DNA of 64,000 nucleotides from Plasmodiophora brassicae (Eukaryota): NCBI GenBank assembly GCA_036867785.1, contig CP145418.1, positions 806,001 to 870,000 of the forward strand, read 5' to 3'. Shown piece by piece: positions 11,205 to 23,663 of this stretch (position 1 is its first letter; each line of letters starts with the position of its first letter). The notes under the pieces were generated by a model. It saw only the letters and a program-made list of their open reading frames with translations, ran no database searches and was not told where the DNA came from. The position numbers and the translations under genes were made by a program.

Positions 11205-12635
11205 ATGGCCGTGCGACTCGGCGTTTGCGCCCTGCTGTGCCTCAAGTTATCGAACGCGATGCTTGTCTCCACCTACCCTGCGGGCAATGCGTCCACGACG
11301 GTCACGATGAAGACGGCCACGTTCCGCCACGCCAACACCAGCTTCTCAGTCGCCGGCCGCCTTCGTTTCGTGGACGAATCCGACCCGTCCGCCCTCGGCA
11401 AGGACATCGCGGGCACGATTATCGTCGTTGATTTCGGGGCGTACGAGAGCGCGTTCGCATGGGGCAGAGCCTGCCGGTCGCAAGCATGTGTCGGCGTGGT
11501 CATGGTAACGCGAATCGACCGACCGTGTCGAGCCTGGAGGCATGGGTCCAGGCTGACCTGGCCGTCCGCCCCAATGAGCAGATCTCGCCGACGCCAATTG
11601 TCATTCTCGATGGTAATCTCGATGGTATGAAAGCCTTGGCATCCATCGATGAAGTTCGCCGTCAATACGAACCTGTTAACGCCACGATGGACTTGAGCGA
11701 TGTCATAGAAGGCACGTCGACGTCAGTGGTGTACGCGGGTCCAGGGGCAACAGTCGCGTTCGGCATCGCCTGGTTCGTCAACATTGTCAACATGATCGCT
11801 GACATCTACAAGTTCACCGCATTCGCAATCGGTTGTCTGCCGTCGCCGTTTGCATGTGATACGTGCCCGGTAATAACACGTGGATATTGCCCTACAGATC
11901 GCGAAGGCAAGCTGCGACCCGTTCCGCTCTATCCGGGCATCGTGTTCGTGACGGTGCTGGTTGCGTCTACGATTCGTTTGCTGTGGTTCGCCACTGCCGC
12001 CTTCAGCCAGTTGCAAGGGCTGTCAAAACCCGTCTACCGAATCACGATCACGGCGTTCATTCCGGTTACGTTTACCGCAACGGCCGCCATCGGCATGGCA
12101 ATGCACGACCACCTGATGCAGTTGGAGCAAGCCAGCACGTGGCATAAGTTTGCAGTTTATTCGCTGCTGACCCCATGGGGCCTCGTTTTCGCGATCGACC
12201 TGGCGGGCACATTCGCAGCAGCGCTGACTTGGCATGAGTATCTCAACCTGACCTACATTTCGGTCTGCGCAATCAGAACGAGTATGAAGTGCAGGCCAGT
12301 GGTACTAACGCCTTCTGCAGGTGTTGGGACGGCGGTATCCAAAGCCCTGCTGAAGAACGATAAGGTTTCGGCTGGCGAGCGCGCACGCAGCCTTCAGTTC
12401 GGTCGTCGGGTCGCCATCTCTGGCGTGATCGGCCTATTTGTTCTACTCACTCAGTTGGTATTTATTCCGATGTCCATCGTCAGCGTGTCGTATCGTCAGC
12501 GTGTCGTACTATCTCGTGCTGTACACCTTGTCCGCTACGCTTGGTGCCCTCCAATGTTTCACGTTCGTTATGGCGTTCCGGCCGCGTCCCAGCCTCTTGC
12601 ACTCACTTGCCCGGATATATCCACCAACTCCATGA
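11205..12635 (+). pseudogene. PA-like ectodomain 7TM gene, subtype B copy 1 (disrupted)
   Basis: Homologous to the array genes. Lesions: 1-nt deletion near 11519 (GACC-GACC vs GACCCGACC in B3), loss of most TM5 coding sequence at the start of exon 3 (~12325), and a 16-nt tandem duplication ATCGTCAGCGTGTCGT at ~12476-12507. Confidence 0.8.
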
Positions 12636-12936
12636 AATACAATGCGGGCTTGAACGGACAGGGAATGGTCTGTAACAGTAACACCACCAGGTGTCGAGGT
12701 TAATGTTGGCCGGAGCACTATGCTAGCTACTTGTCATGGAGTGGAGGATATTGGTAGTTGGGTGAGCCTTTAGACGGACACCTCGATAAAGTTCCAGCGA
12801 TATGAGCTCCGACCTCAACCGCGTATTCGTCAGTACGGTTGTTCTAATAGATTGGCTCAGCATGCATAATATCACCGATCGCTCCGCGGCGTACCACTTA
12901 GCATTTCGCCATAAGTCGCCTGGTGAGCTGCGTGAA

Positions 12937-14479
12937 ATGGCTTTGCTCCTCGGCGCTTTCGCCCTGCTGTTCCTTGGCATGTGCCACGGCAAGCTGCTGG
13001 TTACCTACGACGTAGGAAACACGTCAATAATGGTCATTGTCAAGACGGCCACGTTTCGTCATGGCAATACGAGCTTCACTATTACTGGCCCACTTCGTTT
13101 CTGCGACGGACCAAACCCGTCCGCCCTCGCCGATGACGTCGCTGGGACGGTTCTTGTCGCAGACTACGATGCGTATGGGAACTCCTTTGCATGGGCCCGA
13201 GCCTGTCAATCACGTGGATGCATTGGAGTGGTGATGCTGACGAGGGTGAACCCAACCATCACCAGCCTGGATGCCTGGGTCGAGACCGACAGGGCCGCCA
13301 GCCGCAACGAGCAGATATCAGCGGCGCCACTCGTCATTATCGATGGCAATGATGCTTTGACCTCCATGGAGGATGTCCGCCGTCTAACCGGACCGGTTAT
13401 TGCCACGATGGACTCGAGCGACATCATTGACGGCACGTCAGCGTCAGTGGCATTCGGTTCTGCAGGCGTCACCGCCGCGTTCGTCGTCGCCTGGCTCGTT
13501 AACGTTGTGAACATGGCCGCTGCTGTATACAAATTTACCGCATTCGCAATTGGTACGCTCTGCTATGTTCATGTGTGTCTCTGCTGGTAACAGTCCCACA
13601 GACCGTGAGGGCAATCTGCGCGCCATCCCGCCGTACCCGTGTATTGTATTCTCGACGGCGCTTGTATCGTCCACGCTCCGAATGCTGTGGTTCGCCAACG
13701 CTGCGTTTTACAGCTTGCAATCGTTCTCTAGGGTATTTTACCGGATCCTGATAACGTTGTTTATTCCGATCGGGTTCGCAGGGACGGCCGCCATTGGTAT
13801 GGCGATGCACGACCACCTGAAGCAGGGCAAGACCGTCAGCATGCAGCGCAAGGTCACTGTGTACTCCTTGCTTTCGGTTCTGGGCATCGTCTTCACGGTC
13901 GACATTGTTGGCACTTTCGCTGCAGCAGTGACTTGGCACGAATACTTCGACGTGACGTACCTATCTGTATGTGAGGAGTATCACGTCTGTTCTATGTGCA
14001 TGTGTCGTTAATGACTTCTGCAGTCGTTTTATTTCCTGATGAACTTTCCCGTATCGGTTCTGTTTATCAAGTACGGGATCGCCGTTTCGAATGCCCTGTT
14101 GAAGAACGACAAGATCTCGACTGTGGAACGAGCCCGCAGCCTTCAGTTCGCGCGTCGCGTGATCGTTTCCGGAGTGGTTGGCGTTGTTCTATTACTGTCG
14201 CAGGTCCTCTTTATCGCCATGTCATTGAACAGTGTATCACACTACCTCGTGCTGTACACACTTGCGGTCACACTGGGCGCCATTCAATGCTTTACGTTTA
14301 TCTTAGCGTTCCGTCCACGCTCCAGCATCTTCGACACACTCGCCCAGGCCTATCTGCCATCGGCGCTTCTCTCCTCACTGCCTAGAACCACGAGCGATGC
14401 AAAATCCAAGGATCTCCCGAAAACTGCACGAGCGACCGCAATGATGGCCGAACCTCAGGCGATCAACAATGCTATGTAA
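12937..14479 (+). CDS. Signal peptide + PA-like domain + 7TM receptor-like protein, subtype A copy 1
   Basis: Three exons (introns 13553-13601 and 13967-14023) splice in frame; signal peptide MALLLGAFALLFLGMCHG; seven hydrophobic segments. Confidence 0.85.
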
Positions 14480-14620
14480 CCCCACGAGTACTCAACTGTA
14501 TCCCGGAAGCCATTTTGGATAAATTCTGTGTCCCCAATTGTTGCTGCCCCTTCGTGCAATGCCATCCCATTGCCGCCGTCCACAGCGCCCTGCGCGCGAG
14601 CCGCAAAAGGGTTCCTGCCG

Positions 14621-15259
14621 CTACCGAATCGCGATCACGACGTTCATTCCGGTTACGTTTACTGCAAGTTTGCAACGGCCGCCATCGGCATGGCCATGCA
14701 CGACCATCTGGGGCAGTTGTAGCCAGTCAGCGCGTGGCATAAGTTTACAGTCTATTCGCTGCTGACAGCACTGGGCATCGTTTTCGCGATCGACCTGGCA
14801 GACACATTCGCGGCAGCGCTACCTAGAATGAGTATCGCACCTTACCTACACTTCGGCCTGGGCAATCAGAACGAGTACGACATGCAGGCCTGTGGTACTA
14901 ACGCCTTCTGCATGTGCTTTATTTCGTGGTCAACATCTCCGCGTCAATCCTATTTATCAAGTACGGGACGGCGGTGTCCAAAAGCCCTGCTCAAGAACGA
15001 TAAGGTTTCGGCTGGGGAGCGCGGACGCTGCCTTCAGTTCGGACCGTCGTTTCACCATCTCTGGCATGATCGGCCTATTTGTTCTACTCACTCAGTTCAT
15101 GTTTATTCCCAAGTCCACCGTCAGGGTGTCGTACTATCTCATGCTGTACACTTGTCCGCTACTCTAGGTGCCCACCAGTGTTTCACGTTCGTTATAGCAT
15201 TCCGTCCGCGTCCCAGCCTCTTGCACTCACTTGCCCGGATATATCCACCAACTCCATGA
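14621..15259 (+). pseudogene. PA-7TM subtype B copy 2, 5'-truncated relic
   Basis: Begins in mid exon 2; premature TAG (~14719) and several indels relative to B1/B3; shares the B-type 3' end (RPRPSLLHSLARIYPPTP). Confidence 0.8.
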
Positions 15260-15449
15260 AATGCAATGCGGGCTTGAACGAACAGGGAATTGCCTGTAAC
15301 ACAGTTCCAGCGATATGAACTCCTACCTCATCCGAGTATTCATCAGAGTTGTTGTTCTAATAGGTTGGCTCAGCATGCACGATATAGCCGATCGCTCCGC
15401 GGCGTACCACTTAGCATTTCTGTTAAAGTCGCCTGGTGAGCTGCGTGCA

Positions 15450-16990
15450 ATGGCCTTGCTTCTCGGCGCTTTCGCCCTGCTGCTCCTTGGCATGTGCCAC
15501 GGCAAGCTGCTGGTTACCTACGACGTAGGCAACACGTCAATCATGGTCACTGTCAAGACGGCCACGTTCCGTCATGGCAATACGAGCTTCTCAGTTTCTG
15601 GCCCCCTTCGTTTCTGCGACGGACCAAACCCGTCCGCCCTCGCCGATGACGTCGCTGGGACGGTTCTTGTCGCTGACTACGATGCGTATGGGAACGCATT
15701 TGCATGGGCGCGAGCCTGTCAGTCACGCGGATGCATCGGAGTGGTGATGCTGACGAGGGTGAACCCAACCATCACCAGCCTGGAGGCCTGGGTCGAGACC
15801 GACAGGGCCGCCAGTCGTAATGAGCAGATATCAGCGGTGCCACTCGTCATTATCGATGGCAATGATGCTTTGACTTCCATGGATAATGTCCGCCGTCTAG
15901 CCGGACGTGTTATTGCCACGTTGGACTCGAGCGACATCATGGACGGCACGTCAGCGTCAGTGGCATTCGGTTCTGCAGGCGTCACCGCCGCGTTCGTCGT
16001 CGCCTGGCTCGTTAACGTTGTGAACATGGCGGCTGCCGTATACAAATTTGCTGCATTCGCAATCGGTACGTTCTGCTATGTTCATGTGTGTCTCTCCTGG
16101 TATGTAACAGCCCCCCAGACCGTGAGGGCAATCTGCGCGCCATTCCGGCATACCCGTGTATTGTATTCTCGACGGCGCTTGTATCGTCCACGCTCCGAAT
16201 GCTGTGGTTTGCCGACGCTGCGTTTTACAGTTTGGAATTGTTCTCTATGGTCTTTTACCGGATCCTGATAACGTTGTTCATTCCGATCGGGTTCGCAGGG
16301 ACGGCCGCCATCGGTATGGCGATGCACGACCACCTAAAGCAGGGCATGACAGTCAGCATGCAGCGCAAGGTCACTGTGTACTCCTTGCTTTCGGTTCTGT
16401 GCATCGTCTTCACGGTCGACATTGTTGGCACTTTCGTGGCAGCAGTGACTTGGCACGAATACTTCGACGTGACGTACCTATCTGTATGTGAGGAGTATCA
16501 CGTCTGGTTTATGTGCTTGCGTTGTTAATGACTTCTGCAGTTATTTTATTTCCTGATGAACTTTCCCGTTTCGGTTCTGTTTATCAAGTACGGGATCGCC
16601 GTTTCGAATGCCCTGTTGAAGAACGACAAGATCTCGACTGTGGAACGAGCCCGCAGCCTTCAGTTCGCGCGTCGCGTGATCGTATCCGGAGTGGTTGGCA
16701 TTGGTGTATTACTGTCGCAGGTCCTCTTTATCGCCATGTCGTTGAACAGTGTATCGTACTACCTCGTGCTGTACACACTTGCGGTCACGCTGGGCGCCAT
16801 TCAGTGCTATACGTTTATCTTAGCGTTCCGTCCACGCTCCAGCATCTTCGACACACTCGCCCAGGCCTACCTGCCATCCGCGCTTCTCTCCGCAATGCCT
16901 AGGGCCACGAGCGATGCAAAATCCAAGGATCTTCCGAGAACTGCACGGGCGACCGTGGCCGAACCTCAGGCGATCAACAATGCTGTGTAA
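15450..16990 (+). CDS. PA-7TM receptor-like protein, subtype A copy 2
   Basis: Near-identical to 12937-14479; same two introns; open frame after splicing. Confidence 0.85.
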
Positions 16991-17080
16991 CCCCACGTGT
17001 ACTTATTTGTATCCCGTCAGCCATTTTGAATAAAGTTTGTTCCCCCCTTCGTGTATTTTTTTGTACTGCATTATAGAGGA

Positions 17081-17449
17081 TCAGATTTCTTCCCAATCAG
17101 GGTTTGCCGTCATGGTTATAAGAAGTGCAGGAGGGCCCAGGTGCTCTGTCATAGCACAGGTGTTGAGGTAGCGCTGGAACATGTTCCTCGGACCACGGAT
17201 GAATCTGGGCGGTAGCCGGACCAACCGATCTCAATTGAGGTTCATGTCCAGGTTGTCGTCGTGCGGCTCAACATCTTGTTGTGAACCGCGGAGAATATAT
17301 TGGTGCCTCTCGATATAACGGAGGCGATCGTTCTCCACCCTCCAGTACATGTCACATAGCCATCGCTGGTATAGGCGGCCGCCATGATGTAAGAGGTCAG
17401 CTCCAACCGGCCCGTCGTTGTGCTCATCGATGATGTCGCGGACGTGCAG
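17081..17449 (-). mobile_element. Helitron Rep (Helitron_like_N) coding fragment, degenerate
   Basis: Minus-strand translation LLHHGGRLYQRWLCDMYWRVENDRLRYIERHQYILRG...*..LPPRFIRGPRNMFQRYLNTCAMTEHLGPPALLITMTANPDWEEI* matches the Helitron consensus (GRLFQQY.VD...E..RL..IR..Q..LR / LP.SF.GGPRYM.Q.Y.DAM.....G.P.LFITFTCNP.W.EI). In-frame TGA at 17231-17233. Confidence 0.85.
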
Positions 17450-17619
17450 CCCGGGCGCCTCGAGACAGCCCCAGCGATACGTGCTCCTACCTCAACCGCG
17501 TATGCGTCTGTAATGTTGCTCTAATAGATTGACTCAGCTAGCACGATATAGCCGATCGCCGATCGCACCGCGGCGTACCACTTAGCATTTCGGTTAAAAT
17601 CGCAAGTCAGCTGCGTGCA

Positions 17620-19160
17620 ATGGCCTTGCTTCTCGGCGTTTTCACCCTGCTGCTCCTTGGCATGTGCGACGGAAAGCTGCTGGTTACCTACGACGTAGGA
17701 AACACGTCAGTTACGGTCACTGTCAAGACGGCCACGTTCCGTCATGGCAATACGAGCTTCTCAGTTTCTGGCCCCCTTCGTTTCTGCGACGGACCAAACC
17801 CGTCCGCCCTCGCCGATGCCGTCGCTGGGACGGTTCTTGTCGCCAACTACGATGCATATGGGAACTCCTTTGCATGGGCCCGAGCCTGTCAATCACGTGG
17901 ATGCATCGGAGTGGTGATGCTGACGAGGGTGAACCCAACCATCACCAGTCTGGATGCCTGGGCCGTGACCGACAGGGCCGCCGGCCGCAACGAGCAGATA
18001 TCAGCGGTGCCACTCGTCATTATCGATGGCAATGATGCTTTGACCTCCATGGAGGATGTCCGCCGTCTAGCCGGACCGGTTATTGCCACGATGGACTCGA
18101 GCGACATCATGGACGGCACGTCAGCGTCAGTGGCATTCGGTTCTGCAGGCGTCACCGCCGCGTTCGTCGTCGCCTGGCTCGTTAACGTTGTGAACATGGC
18201 CGCTGCCGTATACAAATTTGCTGCATTCGCAATTGGTACGTTCCGCTATGTTCACATGTGTCTCTCCTGGTATGTAACAGCCCCACAGACCGTGAGGGCA
18301 ATCTGCGCGCCATCCCGCCGTACCCGTGTATTGTATTCTCGACGGCGCTTGTATCGTCCACGCTCCGAATGCTGTGGTTTGCCGACGCTGCGTTTTACAG
18401 TTTGCAATCGTTCTCTCAGGTCTTTCACCGGATCCTGTTAACGTTGTTCATTCCGATCGGGTTCGCGGGGACGGCCGCCATTGGCATGGCGATGCACAAC
18501 CACCTAAATCAAGGTAAGACAGTCAGCATGCAGCACAAGGTCACTGTGTATTCCTTGCTTTCGGTTCTGGGCATCGTCTTCACGGTCGACATTGTTGGCA
18601 CTTTCGTGGCAGCAGTGACTTGGCACGAATACTTCGACGTGACGTACCTATCTGTATGTGAGGAGTATCACGTCTGGTCTATGTGCTTGCGTTGTTAATG
18701 ACTTCTGCAGTTATTTTATTTCCTGATGAACTTTCCCGTTTCTATTCTGTTTATCAAGTACGGGATCGCCGTTTCGAATGCCCTGTTGAAGAATGACAAG
18801 ATCTCGACTGTGGAACGAGCCCGCAGCCTTCAGTTCGCGCGTCGCGTGATCGTGTCCGGAGTGGTTGGCATTGGTGTATTACTGTCGCAGGTCCTCTTTA
18901 TCGTCATGTCGTTGAACAGTGTATCGCACTACCTTGTGCTGTACACGCTTGCGGTCACACTGGACGCGATTCAGTGCTATACGTTTATCTTTGCGTTCCG
19001 TCCGCGCTCCAGCATCTTCGACACACTCGCTCAGGCCTACCTGCCATCGGCGCTTCTCTCCTCAATGCCTAGGGCCACGAACGATGAAAAATCTAAGAAT
19101 TTCCCGACATATGCACGATCAATGGTGGCCCAACCTCGGGCGATCAACAATGCTCTGTAA
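17620..19160 (+). CDS. PA-7TM receptor-like protein, subtype A copy 3
   Basis: Near-identical paralogue; same introns; open frame after splicing. Confidence 0.85.
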
Positions 19161-19279
19161 CCGCCACGAGTACTCGATTTGTATCCCGAGCCATTTTGAA
19201 TAAAGTTTGTGCCCCCAATTGTTGCCGCCCTAGGTGTAGTCTTTTTGTGTGCTTTGCATAATGAGTAATGACATTCGAC

Positions 19280-19487
19280 CTAGACCGTTGAAACACACGT
19301 GATAATATGGATGGCGGTCCCTGATGACCATCTCCGGCATTTCGACAAGGGGTCTGATACCTGGAATAGCAGCTATTGCGTACGTAGACGCAATTCCGTT
19401 TCACAAGACGGAGAAGGGTCGAAGAAGTAAATCTGGGTCGAATGACGGTGGTTCTCATGTCTGCGAATCGGCTGGAAATGCACGGGG
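19280..19487 (-). mobile_element. Possible second degenerate Helitron fragment
   Basis: With frameshifts, the minus strand reads AFPADSQT*EPPSF/TQIYFFDP...ETELRL/..LVEMPEMVIRDRHPYYHV, resembling the Helitron N-terminal block P.FAQ(L/I)Y.YD...E...R...L..ML...NPY. Confidence 0.45.
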
Positions 19488-20837
19488 GTCACGATGAAGA
19501 CGGCCACGTTCCGCCACGCCAACACAAGCTTCTCAGTGGCCCGACGTCTCCGTTTCGTGGACCGATCCGACCCGTCCGCCGTCGGCAAGGAAATCGCGGG
19601 GACGGTTATCGTCGTTGATTTGGGGGCATACGAGAACGCGTTCGCATAGGGTAGAGCCTGTCTGTCTCAAGCGTGTGTCGGCGTGGGCATGGTAACGAGA
19701 ATCGACCCGACCGTGTCGAAGCTGGAACCATATGGGTCCAGGCTGACCGGACCGTTCGCCCCAATGATCAGATCTCGCCGACGCCAATTGTCATTCTCGA
19801 TGGCAATGAATCCTTGGCATCCGTCGATGAAGTTCGCCGTCAATCCGAACCTGTTAACGCCACGATGGACTCGAGCGATGTCGTAGAAGGAATGTCGATG
19901 TCAGTGGTGTACGCGGGTCCAGGCGCAACTGTCGCGTTCGGCATCGCCTGGTTGGTCAACGTTGTCAACGTGATCACTACCGCCTACAAGGTCGCCGCAT
20001 TCGCAATCGGTTGGCTCCCGTGGCTGTTTGCACGTGATACGTGCCCGGTAATCACATACACGTAGATATTGCACCACAGATCGCGAAGGCATGCTGCGAC
20101 CCGTTCCGCTCTATCCGGGCATCGCGGCGCTGGTTGCGTCTACTATTCGTTTGTTGTGGTTCGCCAATGCTGCCTTCAGCCAGTTACAAGGGCTGTCGAA
20201 ACCTGTCTACCGGATCGCGATCACGGCGTTCATTCCGGTTACGTTTACCGCAACGGCCGCCATCGGTATGGCCATGCATGACAACCTGATGCAGTTGAAG
20301 CAAGTCAGCACGTGGCATAAGTTTGCAATTTACTCGCTGGGCACCATTTTCGCGATCGGCCTGGCGGGCACTTTCGCGGCAACGCTGACGTGGCAGTCGT
20401 TTCTCAACCTGACCTACGTACATCTCGGTCTGCGCAAACAGAACGAGTACGAAGTGCAGGCCAGTGGTACTGACGCCTCGTGCAGGTTTTCTATTTCGTG
20501 GTCAACATCCCCGCGTCAATCCTATTCATCACGTACGGGACGGCGGTATCCAAAGCCCAGCTGAAGAACGATAAGGTCTCCGCTGGCGAGCGCGCACGCA
20601 GCCTTCAGTTCGGTCGTCGTGTCACCATCTCTGTCAGACTGTCGTGATCGGCCTATTTGTTCTACTCACTCAGTTCATGTTTATTCCCAAGTCCACCGTC
20701 AGGGTGTCGTACTATCTCATGCTGTACACCTTGTCCGCTACGCTTGGTGCCCTCCAGTGCTTCACGTTCGTTATGGCGTTCCGGCCGCGTCCCTGCCTCT
20801 TGCACTCGCTTGCCCGATATATCCACCAACTCCATGA
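19488..20837 (+). pseudogene. PA-7TM subtype B copy 3 (no signal peptide, nonsense codon, indels)
   Basis: Starts at VTMKTATFRH; conserved Trp codon is TAG at 19647-19649; small deletions in the TM2 and TM4 regions. Confidence 0.8.
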
Positions 20838-21124
20838 AATACAATGCTTGCTTGAACGAACAGGGAATAATTATCTGTAACAGTGGCACCACCAGGTTTC
20901 GAGGTCAATGTTGGCCGGAGCACTTTGCTCCATTACATGGAGTTTGTGGATATTGGAAGGTGGATGAGTCTAAAGGCGGGCGCCTCGAGACAGGTCCAGC
21001 GATATGTGCTCCTACCTCAGCCGCGTATGCGTCAATACTGTTAGCCGATCACCGATCGCACCGGGGCGTACCTGTGACATCTCTCAATCTAGCTTGGGTT
21101 AAAGTCGCAAGTGAGCTGCGAGCA

Positions 21125-22661
21125 ATGGCCTTGCTTCTCGGCGCTTTCGCCCTGCTGCTCCTTGGCATGTGCCACGGCAATCTGCTGGTTACCTACGACG
21201 TAGGAAACACGTCAGTTACGGTCACTGTCAAGACGGCCACGTTCCGTCATGGCAATACGAGCTTCTCAGTTTCTGGCCCCCTTCGTTTCTGCGACGGACC
21301 AAACCCGTCCGCCCTCGCCGATGACGTCGCTGGGACCGTTCTTGTTGCCGACTACGATGCGTATGGGAACTCCTTTGCATGGGCCCGAGCCTGTCAATCA
21401 CGTGGGTGCATCGGAATGGTGATGCTGACGAGGGTGGACCCAACCATCACCAGCCTGGATGCCTGGGCCGTGACCGACAGGGCCGCCAGCCGCAACGAGC
21501 AGATATCAGCGGTGCCACTCGTCATTATCGATGGCAATGATGCTTTGACCTCCATGGATGACGTCCGCCGTCTAGCCGGACGCGTTATTGCCACGATGGA
21601 CTCGAGCGACATCATTGACGGCACGTCAGCGTCAGTGGCGTTCGGTTCTGCAGGCGTCACCGCCGCGTTCGTCGTCGCCTGGCTCGTCAACGTTGTGAAC
21701 ATGGCGGCTGCCGTATACAAATTTGCTGCATTCGCAATCGGTACGTGCCGGCATGTTCATGTGTGTCTCTGCTGGTAACCAGTCCGACAGACTGTGAGGG
21801 CAATCTGCGCGCCATCCCGGCATACCCGTGTATTGTATTCTCGACGGCGCTTGTATCGTCCACGCTCCGAATGCTGTGGTTCACCGACGCTGCGTTTTAC
21901 AGCTTCCAGACGTTCTCTCAGGTCTTTCACCGGATCCTGATCACGTTGTTCATTCCGATCGGGTTCGCGGGAACGGCCGCCATTGGTATGGCGATGCACG
22001 ACCACCTAAATCAGGGTAAGACAGTCAGCATGCAGCACAAGGTCACTGTGTACTCCTTGCTTTCGGTTCTGGGCATCGTCTTCACGGTCGACATTGTTGG
22101 CACTTTCGCGACAGCAGTGACTTGGCACGAATACTTCGACGTGACGTACCTAGCTGTATGCACGAGTACCACCTCTGTTCTATGTGCATGTGTCGTTAAT
22201 GACTTCTGCAGTTTTTTTATTTCCTGATGAACATTCCCGTATCGGTTCTGTTTATCAAGTACGGGATCGCCGTTTCGAATGCCCTGTTGAAGAACGACAA
22301 GATCTCGACTGTGGAACGAGCCCGCAGCCTTCAGTTCGCGCGTCGCGTGACCATATCCGGAGTGGTTGGCATTGCTGTATTACTGTCGCAGGTCCTCTTT
22401 ATCGCCATGTCGTTGAACAGTGTATCGCACTACCTCGTGCTGTACACACTTACGTCCACACTGGACGCGATTCAGTGCTATACGTTTATCTTTGCGTTCC
22501 GTCCGCGCTCCAGCATCTTCGACACACTCGCCCAGGCCTATCTGCCATCGGCGCTTCGCTCCTCAATGCCTAGGAACACGAATGGTGAAAAATCCAAGAA
22601 TCTCCCGATAACTGCACGAGCAAAGGTGGCCGACCCTCACGCGATCAACGGTGCTACGTAA
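21125..22661 (+). CDS. PA-7TM receptor-like protein, subtype A copy 4
   Basis: Near-identical paralogue; both introns splice in frame (FAI-D-CEGNL; YLA-FFYFLMNIP). Confidence 0.85.
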
Positions 22662-23663
22662 CCCCACGTGTACTCACTTGTATCCGATAATCGTTTTTGA
22701 ATAAATTGTGTGCCGCAACTGTTGACGCCCTTCGTGTAGTTTGTTTGTACTTGATTGCATAATGAGTAATGACATTCGACATGATAAGAACGTCGTTGAC
22801 GAACGTCGAATCAGTGCCATCTTTAACAAGTTGGTGAAGCTCGTCCGCAATGTGGAGGTGTCTATGTGGAGAGGGCAGCACTTGACCAATGCCCAGTGAC
22901 GGCGACTCCTCTCGTCGGAACGCCAGGATGGACACCTGCGCCGCTCGCCCCGGTATCGCCCTTGTGCCCGTAATGCCTACCCTGCCAAGCGCACGCGCGT
23001 ATGAACCCTGGTCTCGATACGGTTTCAGCATTTACGAAGGGTTCACGTACTTTAAGCACGATAGGCTTGTTTGGGACACCGGCCTTGTCCTTCGAGCTGG
23101 GACCACGCGGGCCACGTTTGCCCATTTTGAGACCTTCAGAGCGTACCTGAGCTGTTGCCAATACACGACGCCGAAACAAACGGGGCCGTTACCGTGGACG
23201 TACCAACCGCGTACGTGGGAGCAACCTACAGGAAGCACCAGTACGGTCAGCGGGTATCCAGTTCTCTCTGTTGTGGCGCCAAAACTCGGGTTGCAAAGCA
23301 GGGTAACCGATAGCATAAACCCGTAATTGGAGAATAATTTGAGTTGGCAGGATACAGCAGAGGATATGAGTCTTTGTCGCACACTCTAGTTGCTGACTGC
23401 CACAGACTGGATGGTGCTCAGCTCCACAGTTTGTATTCGTATGACAAGTTCGAAATTGAAGGCACGCGAACCCTTCCCTCAGATGGCGGCACATTGCATA
23501 TCATGGGAAGGAGATACCAATTACAAGTATCTAAACGCTAATTTCGATCGTTCGGCCCTACGTAGATAGGGAATCGAACCGATCCGATTGCCTTTGGTGT
23601 ACCAATATATCTTGATATTTCATCCGCCAAGCTCCAACTACCTTGTCAACAACGGCGCTGCCA

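Noticed and set aside
20657-21124. N-terminal extension of copy A4 (and similar extensions at 12802 and 15315)
   Set aside because: Read-through of pseudogene and spacer sequence; the signal peptide begins at the ATG conserved in all A copies.
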